Notes under the pieces: model-generated
Seen by the model: the letters and a program-made list of their open reading frames with translations, nothing else
Told to the model about the DNA's origin: nothing
The model's database searches: none
Made by a program: the position numbers and the translations under genes
Assembly (NCBI RefSeq): GCF_001447785.1
Contig: NW_015166417.1
Coordinates: 2,245,030-2,309,029, forward strand
DNA from: Gekko japonicus
Taxonomy: Eukaryota
Length of the DNA: 64,000 nucleotides
Reading direction: 5' to 3'
Part shown: positions 1-13,109 of the stretch, piece after piece
How positions within the stretch are numbered: position 1 is the first letter of the stretch
Layout of the letters: every line of letters starts with the position of its first letter

Positions 1-141
1 AGAAAGTCCTTCAGATATTATGATCCCAGATGATAAAGGGCTTTAAAGATTAGGCCCAAAATGGCCAGGCAACTGTGAGAACCCTTAAGAACTGGTGTGA
101 TATGCTGCCTCTAGTGTTGCTGCTGCAGTCTGGGCTAGCTG

Positions 142-229
142 AACTTTCTAAACAGTCTTCAAGGACAGCTCTCTATATGGCACATAACTTTCTAAACAGT
201 CTTCAAGGACAGCTCTATATATGGCACAT
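142..229. repeat. Tandem duplication, 2 x 44 bp
   Basis: aactttctaaacagtcttcaaggacagctct(c/a)tatatggcacat at 142-185 and 186-229. Confidence 0.9.
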
Positions 230-799
230 GGTTTTAATCTAACTTGGAGATGACAAAAACATGGGCCACAGTGGCCAGATGTAATTTCTCAAAGAAGGGC
301 TGCAGCTTGCATACCAGCCAAAGCTGTTTAAGGGCTCTACAAACTACAGCTGAAAACTGCGAACCTGCTCCTTCAGGAAGAATGCTACCCCATCCTGAGT
401 AGGCTGTAACCTGATTCCATGATCAACAGCGCTACTAGCCAATAGGACTGAGTTCCATGGCTTCTGTTCTTTCACTTGATTCAGATGGCATGGAAAGAGC
501 TGAATATCATCTGCACATGGATGACATGCCCTCATAACTCTGGAGGGCTTTCCCTGGTGGCATTAAGGAGAGGGAGAGAACTGGACTTTGTAGAGCTCCA
601 TGGCCTAACTGCCCTGCATCTAGACAGTGCTCCCCTACCCCATCCTCTGGAAATGGCATGTTGAGTAAAATCAGAACCACTGAAGTACAGTGGCTCCACT
701 GCCCAGCTCAGTCAGCTTGTTCGGAAGCATATCATGGTCAGTGTTGTCAAAGCCCACTGAGAAATAAAGGGAAAAAATGAGAAGCGATGTACTACCCTA

Positions 800-3700
800 T
801 CCCATTATTGGTGGGTGTCATCTATGAGGGAGACTAAGGCAGTTTCCATCCCAAAACAGAGTGTGAAATAAAATTTAATTGGGTCTAAAAAAGCAGAGTC
901 ATCCAAGAGCACCTGGAGCTGGACAGCCACATCTCCACTAAAGCATTTTGCCCCCCAAGATGCTTTACAGAAGCCCCCTTCAGACACTGCGTCTGCATGT
1001 ATTGAGACCCTGCCAACTGGGCATATCAGGTATGCACACCACCCATGATGTTCCCAATATGTGCAGCTGCCATGCTGTTTAAACAGGGGAATGCACACGT
1101 TTTGGATGCACATAGAGATTTGGTGTGCATGAATCAGAACTCTGAAAAATCCAGTGGCCAGTTTGCTTGTACCAAAGCTGTACACTCATGCAAAATACGT
1201 GTTCAGACAGTATGGGGATCGCATATATCAGGAGGATCTATATATTGCTGGGAAGTCCTTAGCGTAAGAGATCTCTTCATATCCACGTATGAACTTGAAG
1301 TGCTTTCTGACCATTGTCCAGTGGCTTAGGAAAAAAGACTAGCAGGATGATGTCCTGCGTAAGGTAAGACCTGGACACTACTTCAGGGGGAGGGGAATTA
1401 AATTAGGGTGAAATACAGTAAATGGTGGGTCCTGTTCTCAGATTGCACAACTCATCTGGAAGATGTGACAGCCACTAAAAATGTGATTTTGAATAACAGA
1501 AGTCTGAAAACACAAGTGATGAAAGGTAGGCCTCTAAATTTGGACAAAAGAGGCTCCAGGATAGAACCATGGTTTAAAAAAAAGGGTGAACATGGATCAA
1601 CCCTTTAAAAAAAATTCCACAAAATTCTGGGAAGACGCTGAACCATATTGACGTTCAACATTAAATGCAGAGATACCAGCCAGATGAACTTGTAAGAAAG
1701 AGGAACCCAAACCAGTAGTTTAAGGTGTAAAATATATTCCAAAATGTCAGGAACTGAGGCTGAAGAGGGACAGAGACTGTGATGTTCCATGTAGGAACAA
1801 ATTTTCTTCCACTGAGCAAAGGACCATCTCATCCCTCATAGATGATATTATTGCCTGAAGGGATGAACCCTCCATAGACTGAGTTTCGGAGATACCGGTC
1901 ATGGTAAAGTATTCTAATGCTGACTTAAGAGATCCATATAATGTAGTAGGTAGATGCACTCTCATTTGGGCAGCAGATAAGTTAGGGTTGCCAACTCCAG
2001 GTTCAGAAATAGCTGGAGATTTGAGGGTGGGTTTTAGGGAGGGACCTCAGTGGGGTATAATGCCATACATTCCACTTTCTGAAACAGCCATTTTCTCCAG
2101 GAGATGAGTGAACCATGGCTGGCATAGCCAGTAAGATGCTACTAGCATGCGTCTGTCTCAGTCCATGATTAGATTCCACATCACAGGAGAGGCAGAAAAG
2201 CATACGTAGTGGCCTCCTTGGCTTCCCACCTTTTAGTTGTAAGGTACAATTTCTGAGAAATTAATTCCCATCCCAGCACTATCAGCCACTGAGGCAATTG
2301 GCTTTTTATGAGTTGTGTGTTTTATATGTTTTAACATGGTGTTAATTGTACTGTATTGATATTGTTGTACTATATTTATATTGTTGGAACCCTGAGCCTG
2401 TTAAGGGGAGGGCGGGATACAAATCCAATAAATAAATAAATAATACAACCCAAGGATCCTCTCTGTATCTCTCCCCTGCTTTAGTACAGGGGGACTTTTT
2501 GTTGTAGAATATGGTGAGTAGTTCTACACAAGTTGGACCCAAAGACTGAACATTGTCAGATAAGTGCCAAGGTTTCCAGTACCAACTGTGAACCACTGTG
2601 CCTCCTCCAACAGCAAATCTCTGCAGAAATGTTCAAGTTCCAGGAAATGTATGGCTGTGAGGAAAATGCTGTTGCAGATGTCCCATGTCCACATTTTTGA
2701 TGCTACAGTACGCAGTCTACAAGATGCTGGGTCCCTATGGTTTGTTTACATTGGTTGCTACCAACACAACCCTGACGATTGGCGTCCACGAGGACATTCC
2801 ATACTGCAGTGATAATTAACATGGAGTCCCTAGAGTTTCTAAGTTCAGGTACTACTGACTGTGAGATTCTTACAGGAAGCTCTTCTGTCCTGAAGGGATA
2901 ACTACAATAGATATCTTCTGTCTTGTCAGCCAGACATGAACTGGTAGGATTAGTGCCAGAATGGTGAAAACCATATACTGGTAATCCCAAGCAAGCAGAA
3001 AAAGGCTGAACTGTAAGGGTGCATATGAAAACATGCAGTTTTGTTTTAAAGACATGCATATGAGATGACTGCAATTCTAAATGCCATTAGTCCAAGAAGG
3101 CACAGGCTGTGACATAAGTGTGGCTTTAATGGCAAAGATCATATGAGTTCTTGTCTTGTGGAAAGAAGATGCAATCTATAGTAGCTCTGAGAATAGCTCA
3201 GATGACCTGGAGCTTACACATGGGAACAGTGGTTGACTTCTCTGTGTTGATGCCCAGATCCAAAGATTAAAGGAGTGTAAGAGTGGTATATATGTTGGAG
3301 ATGGTGTTCAACAAGCAGTACATTGTTGATGAATGGGAAGCTTATGACATTTTGTAGTCTGAGGTGAGCTGAGTGAACTGTCAGACATTTTGTGAAAACT
3401 CTTGGAGAGAGGCATTTTCTGTACTTTGGCATGTGGAAATACGTGTCCTGAAGATCTGCTGGGCAAACCATGTTCCAGTTTCTAGGAGTGGAAGGATGGT
3501 CGATAGGGAGAACATCCTGATTTTTTTGTGACAGATAAATTAATTGACACCTCTCAGGATGATTACAGATGGTGGTACTCCATTTAATTTTGTGAGGGTG
3601 GTTTTTTTTGTCATGCTACTTGTGACAGGGATGTGGACTGGAATGCATTCTGTCTTTTACAGGCATGTGAAGGGGGAAAGATATAGCCCAGGTTCAGCCA

Positions 3701-4200
3701 ACCAACCTGCCTGGGGATTTGGGGTAGCTCTTGGAATCAACATAAGGACAGCTGCAGTCCCATCAAAGTTCAGCAAAGGGACCAGTGAAGGAAGCCTTCA
3801 CTATTCCAGACCACCTCTTAGAAGCTGTCGAGTATCAGAGCCCATGCAGTATTTTGCCAGCTGTGAAGCCACCTGGAGTAGAGGTATATATCATATGGCT
3901 GAGGTTCAATTCCTCAGGTTGAAGCTCAAAACCGAATTACAGAAAATGAAATTAATTCCAGCATCAGAAGGTGAGAGGATCAAAGGGAATGAGAGGGAAG
4001 TAATGGTTTGGACATAATGGCTCCAGCCATCAATGATGCCAAAGAGTTCTCCCAGAGGAATGTGTGACATAGGATTCCTGTTAGCTTGCTTAGTAAATCT
4101 AGCAAAGCAACAGCAGNNNNNNNNNNNNNNNNNNNNNNNNNNNNNNNNNNAATGGGAAGCATATCTCCAAAGTTTTGGCACTATTTAAAGAAATGCCACA
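800..4200 (-). mobile_element. Degenerate DIRS (tyrosine-recombinase) retrotransposon, interrupted by younger repeats; ends approximate
   Basis: Frameshifted minus-strand peptides in DIRS order: RT (DLQDTYFH...SPRVFTKC, 3214-3471), RNase H/MT-like remnants (about 2500-3100), YR N-terminal domain (SVPDILEYILHLK...VHLAGISAF, about 1650-1830), YR core (VVSRSYLTQDIILLVFFPKP...DMKRSL and IHAH, about 1000-1380). Confidence 0.8.
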
Positions 4201-4437
4201 AAAATAAATACAGGAACTAAAGTCCAACTAAAACTATTATTCCTTTAGGATATTCCTTATGTGGCTTTTCTCCTCACCATGAACTCAAAACTATACTGTG
4301 TTTGTTTGTTTATTAGAATAAGAGCTAATGCTAGAAAGACAAAAGAGAAAACTGAGGTACATTTCTTCAGAGAACTAAGTGAGCAATAACATAGCAGGTA
4401 TAGGAGCGAATGGGACAGGAAGGCACTTGCCCCTATA

Positions 4438-4787
4438 AAAAGGTAAAGGTTCCCTTGCTCGAGAGCCAGTCGAATCCGACTCTAGGGTTGCGGTGCTCAT
4501 CTCCGTCTCAAAGCCGAAGAGCCAGCGCTGTCCGAAGACGTTTCCGTGGTCATGTGGCCAGCATGACTAAACACCGAGGCGCACGGAAGACTGTTACCTT
4601 CCCACTGAAGTGGTACCTATTTATCTACTTGCAATTTCTTGCTTTCGAACTGCTAGGTTGGCAGGAGCTGGAACTAGAGACGGGAGCTCACTCCGTCATG
4701 CGGCAACTCGGGTCTCGAACTGCTGAACTACTGACCTTCCACAGCCTGCAGTTCATCGTCTTAACCACTTGAGCCACCGCAGCTCCC
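4438..4787 (-). mobile_element. Full-length Sauria SINE
   Basis: tRNA-like head GGGAGCTGCGGTGGCTCAAGTGGTTAAG, ACCTTT-type tail, TSD ttgcccctata on both sides. Confidence 0.9.
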
Positions 4788-5173
4788 TTGCCCCTATACC
4801 TAGGCCATAAATAAAAAGGCAAAACTCTCCTGTGGGGACAGTTTTTGTAAACCAATTTTTGGGGCTCGAATTTCAGAACTTTTTGAAGCAGCTGCTGTGG
4901 TGATGCAGAACTCATAGGAGGGAATGCACATGGCGGGACTCCACAAAAAGAAAACTATTCTACAAGACAGGGTTTTTTTTCTGGTCATGGCAAAGGGAAG
5001 AGGGATAGAATGTGAAGTCATGAGGCTTGTTTACAAATTTATGTCATGAATTTTTATCCCATCTATCTCCACAAAGGTTACGTTCATAATCCCCTCCTCT
5101 ATTATATCCTTACATCAATCCTTGAAGTATATTGGACTGAGGGAGAGTGATTTGGCATGTTCAGAGTCACCCA

Positions 5174-5261
5174 CAGTGCAATCCTAAACACAGCTACACC
5201 CTTGTAAGCCCACTGGCTTCTATAGACTTAGAAGGGTGCTCCTCTGTTTAGGATTGCACTG
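5174..5261. mobile_element. About 90-bp palindromic MITE (relatives at about 19049-19123, 24615-24700, 50805-50881)
   Basis: Terminal inverted repeats cagtgcaatcctaaac / gtttaggattgcactg. Confidence 0.8.
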
Positions 5262-6302
5262 CCAGTAGGTCTCATAGCTAGTGGGGATTTGAACCTGGGT
5301 CTCGTTGTCTGAGTCTGACATTCTGACCACTGAGAAGAAAAACATGAACCATCTTAGCAACATAGCTGCCTTTGGGGATGTAGCAGAATCTGCTTGATCT
5401 TACTTTATGCTCACTTTGGAAGTACCATAAATATATATGATATTTAATAACACCATCGCAAACTCATTTAAAGGGAAGGAACAGAAAGTAAAATGCTTTT
5501 TGTCAGAGCCTACAACACAGATATAATATAGAGGTAACAAATGGGTCAGAACAACAGGTAAAAAGAAAATCTGGAAGTTCAAAAAAAGTGTAACAGTAGG
5601 AAAAAGGGTTAGTTATTTTAACAACAACATATTCATTGTTTTAGTGTTAGCATTTCCCCACTGAATGCTATAGAATAAAAAAAGCTTAATTTTCAGAAAT
5701 CTGATGCCCAGGATTCATGCAAAATCGCTTTACATGCATTTGCATGCCTTTTATAAATATGCAATTAACACAGCAGTGCTTGTTAATTTGTCATTTCTAT
5801 GCGGACATGGACATTTCAGCCTATGTGCTTGTACAGTCGTCCAATCTGCACGTACAGCTGTATTAAATGGGCATGCAAAGAAGCCATGCACATCTTTTTA
5901 AGCATGTGCTTTGCATCTCATCTTTCTGAAAAAGCCTTTAATTGCAGTCTTGGACACTGAATCCCCATAACAATGATGCAGGAAGGGTCATTTTTCATTT
6001 GTACAGTGTCCTCCCCCAAAGAGAAGCCTAAAATTACCAATTCTGGTTCTTTAATATATTTATTTTAGAAAAAATACTGTGGTAAAAAATACACCAGTAA
6101 AGAAGGGCTGCTTGTCATAAGAAAGTTCAGAATGCTGAATCTGGCAAAGTTTCCTCATAATTTATGCTAACCAATGTGTGTAAAAAAAAAGTACAAATTT
6201 TACTTTTCTAATTCTCAGAGGCAGAAATGAAAGATACACTGTCAATTGAGGTGTCTGAAAGTAGGAAAATAGGATACAGAAAAATCAGTTCACAACACTT
6301 AC

Positions 6303-6438
6303 AACTTTCATAATAGATTTTTCCCATGCTATTGATTTCTGTAACTGCTGAATGCACAGAGCTACCTGTGCAGCACTGCGGGCTTCTGACAATGCCCTTC
6401 TCCATACCCTTAGCCCTGGAGCAATATCCTCTTCCATT
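6303..6438 (-). CDS. BAZ2B: BAZ2B exon MEEDIAPGLRVWRRAL...SIAWEKSIMKV, immediately before the PHD exon
   Basis: aatgcag|A ATG GAA ... AAA GTT|gtaagt; 136 nt; phase 2 to 0. Confidence 0.96.
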
Positions 6439-6980
6439 CTGCATTGAAATATAGAGAAATTAAGCAGGTCACATCCATTTTCATCAGTTTCTGAACGTGG
6501 AACAATCATTGTCACATTGAAAGCCAAGCGATGACAAAAAAAAAAGTACACAGCCAAGTAAGGGTAATAAAGGCTGAAGCAACTAAATTTGATGTAGTGC
6601 ACAGACTGTGGCTACGTGCCTCAAAAGCTTAGTCACAACCAGTTAAATGTAAGATAAAATTTTTTGCAGGGTTAACATAAGTTAACGGAAAAGAAAACAA
6701 TAAAACAAAACAAAATCTTTACAAAGCATCATGCATAAATAACGCGACCCGTGTGGATCAGAAGACATACGAGAAGGTACATAGNNNNNNNNNNNNNNNN
6801 NNNNNNNNNNNNNNNNNNNNNNNNNNNNNNNNNNNNNNNNNNNNNNNNNNNNNNNNNNNNNNNNNNNNNNNNNNNNNNNNNNNNNNNNNNNNNNNNNNNN
6901 NNNNNNNNNNNNNNNNNNNNNNNNNNNNNNNNNNNNNNNNNNNNNNNNNNNNNNNNNNNNNNNNNNNNNNNNNNNNNNNN

Positions 6981-7175
6981 GTTCCGCTCCAAGTCAGCAA
7001 GTCTGGTTACTGCTATATCTAGAGGGTTGTCACTCTTCCGCTCTAGAGTACCGCTATTGCCTTCTTCTCCACCAGCACCGTCACCGTCTCGCTTCTTATG
7101 CAATTTAGTAACTGACTTATGTTCATAATATACCAGGTCTTCCCTTTCCGATGCTGGCTCGGGGCACATCCAACC
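6981..7175 (-). CDS. BAZ2B: BAZ2B exon GWMCPEPASERED...RLADLERN; its 3' end is lost in N-gap 6785-6980
   Basis: aatgtag|GGT TGG ATG TGC; NPLDIAVTRLADLERN runs into the gap. Confidence 0.93.
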
Positions 7176-7783
7176 CTACATTTTAATAGAAAGGTTTGCA
7201 CAGGTTTGTTTGCTACTGTAAACACCAACATTTGGACAGTGGGCTTTGAGTTATCCCCTAAATTTAGTCTTTTTTTCCCCTTAAGAAGACTGTAGACATT
7301 TTTGCCTAAGAGTGTGTAAGCCTCTCTTTCCCATATGACTTGAACACAGTAATAATAAGCATTTAAACTATGAGTTTTAGAGAAACAATACTGACTTGAA
7401 ATCCCCCGAGTGTTTCTGCAGATGGAAGAATTCGCGCCCACAGACTGATGTTCTCACCTTCCCTTTCCCACTGCAGCCTGTCTGAGGAAGTCTCTATATT
7501 ATTAGCTCAATGGTAAGCATGAATGGGTTGGTTCCCAAGACCCATGAGCACAGCTCAAAGACCTTTGCTGCTTTCTCCTTAATACGATAGATCCTTGAGT
7601 ACCACTTACCTTCCCAAACTATTCCTGAAATTCACTGGGAAGGGGATGAAGTACTAAAGGGGATTCTGGGGAAAAAATGGCCCCCACTATGTGCAGAACC
7701 AGAAGTTCCTTTCTATTTTTGTCCTTTACTCCACTTGTTAATTTTATTCCAACTTTTAAAAAATCCATTTAGCATCTCAAAAA

Positions 7784-8076
7784 AGTCACTAAGAGCTACT
7801 TTTTTCTCTTTTTTTTGCAACAAGTAATCATTGCCAAGGCAGTTGGAGGGTAACAGTTGTCCCAGTGAACTTGGTGAAACAGAAAGAGGTGCTGTAGATA
7901 TGCCTACTCACCCAGTAGGATTTTTGAGTTTAGTCACTAAGAGCTACTTTTTTTTTTTTTTTGCAACAAGTAATCATTGCCAAGGCAGTTGGAGGGTAAC
8001 AGTTGTCCCAGTGAACTTGGTGAAACAGAAAGAGGTGCTGTAGATATGCCTACTCACCCAGTAGGATTTTTGAGTT
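7784..8076. repeat. Near-identical tandem duplication, about 2 x 146 bp
   Basis: agtcactaagagctac...gtaggatttttgagtt occurs twice, differing only in the T tract. Confidence 0.9.
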
Positions 8077-8192
8077 CTATATAAGACAAGTGGTTTGTTA
8101 TGCGACTTGGAAGCACCCATTTGGGGAAAAAACAATCCAAAAGACTAAGGTTTACCTTAGAACTGTGGGAGACACATGTGGATACCTTAGAC

Positions 8193-8792
8193 CATAGGTT
8201 CCCCAACCTGTTTCAACCTGTGGGCACCTTTGGAATTCGAACACAGGTTGGTGGGCACAGGCACCAAACGGCTGCAGCAAGAGTACTGCCACCTCAGCTT
8301 ACTTTCAGTCACACAGTGAAGATCCTTGTGTTGTGGTGGGAGCTGCTGTCAAATGAACATTTTAAAAAATCTGTGCAGCCAATCAAATCTCCAATGGCTG
8401 ACCAGAAGCCTGGCTAGGCAAAAAGCCCCAACTGGCCCCAGCCACTTTCTAAAAACACTTGGTGGGCGCCAGTAAAGGAGTTGGTGGGTGCCATGGTGAA
8501 GAAGAGATTGGATTTATACCCCGCCCTTCCCTACCCGAGGGAGTCTCCGAGCTCCTTTCCCTTCCCCACCCCACAACAGACACCCTTGTGAGGTAGGTGG
8601 GGCTGAGAGAGGTCTTTCGAGGACTGCTCTTGAGAGAACATCTGTAAAACAACTTGTAACTGACCCAAGGTCACACCAGCAGCTGCATGTGGAGGAATGG
8701 GGAATCAAACCTGGTTCTCCCAAATTAGAGTCTACGCTCCTAACCACTACACCAAACTGGCTCTCCCACGGCCACCACACTGAGGACCCCTG
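8193..8792. mobile_element. Non-autonomous hAT-like element with a nested SINE; a second family member is inverted at about 32660-33028
   Basis: Termini cataggttccccaac / gaggacccctg; degenerate 8-bp TSD ccttagac / cctttggc. Confidence 0.7.
8498..8765 (-). mobile_element. tRNA-derived Squam3-like SINE
   Basis: Head GAGAGCCAGTTTGGTGTAGTGGTTAGGAG with B-box-like GGTTTGATTCCCC and a (CTT)n tail; similar to 63297-63585. Confidence 0.8.
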
Positions 8793-9259
8793 CCTTTGGC
8801 CACATCATCACATTCAGCACTCCCTTAACGATTGCTAGAGGCAACCAATTACTGGGAGTGGGGACAGGAAAATGCAGAATGTGGTGATGCCATGCTACAT
8901 GTTTCTTTTGCTAGAGGTTAATTATGACCTGCTCAGCAACATGTCCCCTATAACTTCTAGTTGGGTTGCTTGCAATGCTGACTCATGTTCCTTCTCTGAA
9001 GATTTAACCAAGAGGGAAAAAATGCCTACTACTGTCTACTTTATATACAGATCATTTTTTACAAAAGAGAGGATGAACTCATTTCAGCCTAGGTGATACT
9101 ACACTTATGAAACCATATTGGCTTTCTTCCCACCCATGATTTTATTGAGAAGGCACTTATCCTTAACTGTGAAAGAGCCACTGTTAACAGCTTTGAGCTT
9201 CAGCATTTGCAATGACATTACTGAACAGAGTTGTTGTTGTTTACTGAAGTACGTTTTAC

Positions 9260-9420
9260 CTTGATTTGCAAACTAGCAGATGCCACTCTTCTTTCTAGGT
9301 CTTCCACCTGCTGAAGAATAGCAATATCCATCTCCATGGCTTGCTCTTCTGTGGACCAATTCTCCACAATATCTCGTGTTACCTGGTTTTCATCATTTTC
9401 CTGTACTTCAATAATTGCAA
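9260..9420 (-). CDS. BAZ2B: BAZ2B exon (V)AIIEVQEND...RVASASLQIK
   Basis: aatacag|TT GCA ATT ... ATC AAG|gtaaaa; 161 nt. Confidence 0.95.
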
Positions 9421-9995
9421 CTGTATTTGGGAATCAGATTGAGTTACTTTAGTACAGGTTTCAATTCAACCAGACTTTGCAAGGTCAGGAATTCTTTTCT
9501 CAGGTGAAATGTAATATTACAGTGAGGCCAAGGATGATGAACTGTTTATAACAACAATTTTAAAAAGCCCAAAAATGAAACAGCATTTTGTGGCCTCTGT
9601 TATGTCATCCAAGTCAGTAAAGATCAGTTTGGCGTTTAAGAGGCTCCAATGGGTTTATTTTATTTATTTACTTGTTTAATTTATACTCCGCCCTATCCTA
9701 CGAGTGGCCTCAGGGCAGCTTACAACAACTCATTAACAATAAAAACGATTAAAAAGTTGGAAAAACTTTGTGTGTATGCATCCATGTGTGCACATGCATG
9801 CACAGTGTCTTTTTCTTCTTTCCAACAATTTAACGTTACTTGGTTAAAGAAAAAATCTGGGAAGTCATTAATTCTTAGACTCTTCTGGTGAAAAAATTGT
9901 ATTGATATGACATGTTGGCTCACAGATGGCGTTCTTGAAAAACGGCTACTTCTATGCCACTGCAGTGAGATGTATGTGACATGTCAGTTACATAC

Positions 9996-10151
9996 CATCT
10001 TTATTCTTGAGGCAGGCTAGAGTAATATAATCCATATGCTTTTGTATTTGCTTCTGTAAGGCCTTTTCTCGAATTCCCCTGAGATGTAACACTTTAAGCA
10101 AAGCTTTTAGGTCCTCTGGGTCAACGATTCTCCACCAGCCAAACTGCATTT
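9996..10151 (-). CDS. BAZ2B: BAZ2B exon (E)MQFGWWRIVDPEDLK...LKNKD(V), WHIM3/WSD C-terminal part
   Basis: gattcag|AA ATG CAG TTT ... GAT G|gtatgt; 156 nt; LHLRGIREKAL motif. Confidence 0.96.
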
Positions 10152-10519
10152 CTGAATCAAAACAGTGAGATTTTTTAAAAAAAGAAAGAAACGTTTGAAA
10201 AACATCACGTTAATATAAACAATAAAATCTTTGGCCTGTTTCTAAAACCTGATATGTTGGTACACAGGAGAAATGACAGTAGAGCTGACACATTGTTATT
10301 TTCCTTTCCTTGTATTCATTTCCACTATCAAAGAGACAAGCCTCTTTTTAAATTTAACAGTAACTTGCCCTTTAAGCAGTGGAAACTCCTGCAGATAAAT
10401 CAGTTTTATAAATCTCAGGTTCTCCTCAGGATATTGGGGGGGGGGGATTCTGATTATTAAATTCAAATCCAAGTAGTGATAGCTGAAATTCTGAAATTAG
10501 AAACAATTATTTTTCCCTA

Positions 10520-10617
10520 CTCCGGAGCACAATGGAAGACAGGAGGGCCTGGTGTCATGTGGTCCATGGGGTCGCGAAGAGTTGGACTTGACTGTGTGAC
10601 TGAACAGCAGCAACAAA
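10520..10617 (+). mobile_element. RTE-BovB LINE 3' end
   Basis: ggaagacaggagggcctgg..gtccatggggtcgcgaagagttggac..gactgaacagcagcaacaa tail. Confidence 0.8.
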
Positions 10618-10648
10618 ATTTTCCTTGTTGGAAGGAGGTGATACTTAC

Positions 10649-10922
10649 CTTCTGGAATGGGCTTTGGACTAGGATAATCAACTGGTTTGGCTACTTCAAC
10701 CACTGTACAAGGCGTAGAAGTTTGTTTCTCTACTTGTGGCACTGGTGATTCACTTTTACTGGCTGGAACACTGGGTGTCAAGAATGAATTGCCATTTCCC
10801 TCAGACAATCCTAGCCCGGACCCCATAGGAGGCATGGGAGATGGAAATGGAAGATTTGAAGTTATTACTCCAGTAGGCCATCCACAGAACTGAAGTCCCA
10901 TTACAGGCAATCCTGTCTTCAT
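10649..10922 (-). CDS. BAZ2B: BAZ2B exon MKTGLPVMGLQFCGWP...PKPIPE(E); the NAGNAG acceptor allows an end at 10925
   Basis: gtccagcag|ATG AAG ... GAA G|gtaagt; 274 or 277 nt. Confidence 0.95.
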
Positions 10923-11213
10923 CTGCTGGACCAAAAGGCATTTTAAAAAATACACGATCATTAGTCCTACTACAACAAGGAAAGCTGAAACCACAAGACA
11001 ATACTTTCATTTCAAACACTGTATAAAACATACAGGAAGTCTGGGTTAGTAAGCATCTTTAAAAGTTATGACAACTGAATAAAATGAAGAATTAATTGTT
11101 TTTTTTTACATTTTCCAGTTTTTTTATATGGGAGTTTTTACCATAGCAACATAAAGTCCATGCTTTAAAAATCCATGATATTTAGAAACATCATTTAACA
11201 TGTGGGTCAGTAA

Positions 11214-11432
11214 TAGGGTTGCTAACCTCCAGGTAGAGCCTGGAGATCTCCCACATTACAACTGATCTCCAGATCAGAGAGATCAGTTCCCCTGAAAAAA
11301 AAAAGGCTGCTTTGAAGGGTGGACTCCATGACATTATGTCCTGCAGTGTTCCCTCTCCTCCCCAGACCCCCCCTGTCCCCGGGCTTCCCTCCCTAATCTC
11401 CAGGATCTCCCAACCTGGAACTGGCAGCCCTA
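11214..11432. mobile_element. hAT-type MITE with TAGGGTTGCCA termini (family copies or fragments also at about 1984, 18667, 20430, 22800-23005, 30250, 32537, 33715)
   Basis: TIR tagggttgct / ggcagcccta; 8-bp TSD gtcagtaa / gtcagcaa. Confidence 0.8.
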
Positions 11433-12699
11433 GTCAGCAACCTTTTACAATTAAAGAGCAAACTACATCAAAATTCAGAGTAAGAGATCAACAAAAAGCC
11501 AGTACAAGAAAGCCCACTTACTTACGTGAAAATATACAGCTTAACATTGCTGTTAATTGGCATGCTGATTAATATGCCATAAAGTTTCCACAGTCCACAC
11601 AGTGGTTGTTGTGAGTCCTTCGTTTGGAAGTACCCACACATGAGATTTCACAGTTAGTATATCCAGGAACACCATGTATGATTATTTTAGAGCACTGGCA
11701 TAAAACTGCGTATGGCTTGCTCTTGGATTGCCGGCCACCTCTATCATTTCCCTTTCTCTAAAGCATCTCTTAAGAAGCCCTTTCATCCCATAAAAACATT
11801 TTCCTGCCATTCCTTTCACATATTGGTTATTCTAACATTTCACCTACCATTCCAGTGTACCCTAACTTGAAAGGCTTCATTTTCTTTTCTAAAGAACCAT
11901 ATTTGATTCTATACAAGCCATATTTGGCCCTAGGGCCATAGGTTGTTGCCCCCTTGCAAGTATTTGAACAAAGTAAAGAATCTGTCTTTCCACAGACTAT
12001 ATCAGTTTCCAAAACAGTAGACTATATAGTGGTGTTTTGTCATTCAGTTTACAGCAGCTGACTCCTTGGTGGAAACACAGGTTGCTTTCTCATTCACACA
12101 CCCAACATTACAATAGGTTCCTGCGTGCTGATAACATGCCAAGTTGGTTCTTTACACACATATTATTGTGAGAAGCTATCCCACATGTATAGCCATCCAC
12201 TCACAGGACAGTGGCCAATAAGATGAAGAGGAGAATGGTGATAGGAAATTCTTGCATATAGAGAAGAAAGGAACGGGGAATATGCAAAGGCTAAGTGGAC
12301 TGTGTCCTCAGGTTGTATTTCTAAGCACATGAATTAATGTACACTAAAATCAATGCAAGTTACTTCCAGGTAAACACTTTGTATGTTTTTTTTTTTGGTG
12401 ATCTGCAGTTCTGGAGAATCTGGGCACATGTTTAATCTACGGTTGTCAAGGTGTCCTTGATTTTTAAGGCACTCTGGAAAGGGAAAACAGATAAGGAGAA
12501 GATAAACTCCTGCTATTGCTTTGAAAAGTCTGCCACTCCTGCTAAATTTCAGAACAAGGGATGGTCCCTTAACCTGATGGCCAATTTTGGACACAGTCTG
12601 TCTCCTCCTGAACACCATTTGCAGTATTATGAATATGATTCAAGCAGGATATAATCCTGTCAAATAACTTTAGATAACATAATATAATAATCCTCTAAC

Positions 12700-13100
12700 C
12701 ATAGCCAGCATAGTGTAGTGCTGAGAATTTCAGACTAGGAACTTGGAGACTCAGGTCTGAATCCCTACTTAGCTGTGGAAGCTTTCTGGGTGACCTTGAG
12801 CTACTCACCCTCACTTAGCCTGACCTACCTCATAGAGTTGCTGTTGGTCTGCTTTACCTGTCTCCCCAATCGGAACCCAAAAAGGTGTACACTGTTATTC
12901 TCTCTTTCACTTAATCCTCACAACAACCCTGTGAGGTAGGTAGCTGGCTTGAGGTCACCCAGCAAACTTCCACGGCAGAGCAGGGATCTGAACTTAGGTC
13001 TCCCAGATCCTAGTCCAACGTTCTTAACCTCTATATCACTCTGGCTGTTGTGAGGATAAAATGGAGGAGGGGAGTATGATGTCATAAACTGCTTTGGTTC
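12700..13100. mobile_element. Two Squam3-like SINE pieces in opposite orientation
   Basis: agccagcatagtgtagtg head on the + strand at about 12704; reverse copy ccctgtgaggtagg...aacctctatatcac at about 12915-13040. Confidence 0.6.
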
Positions 13101-13109
13101 ACTGGGGGG

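Noticed and set aside
1-800. Possible second DIRS gag remnant on the + strand
   Set aside because: Only weak motif resemblance; not supportable without a profile search.
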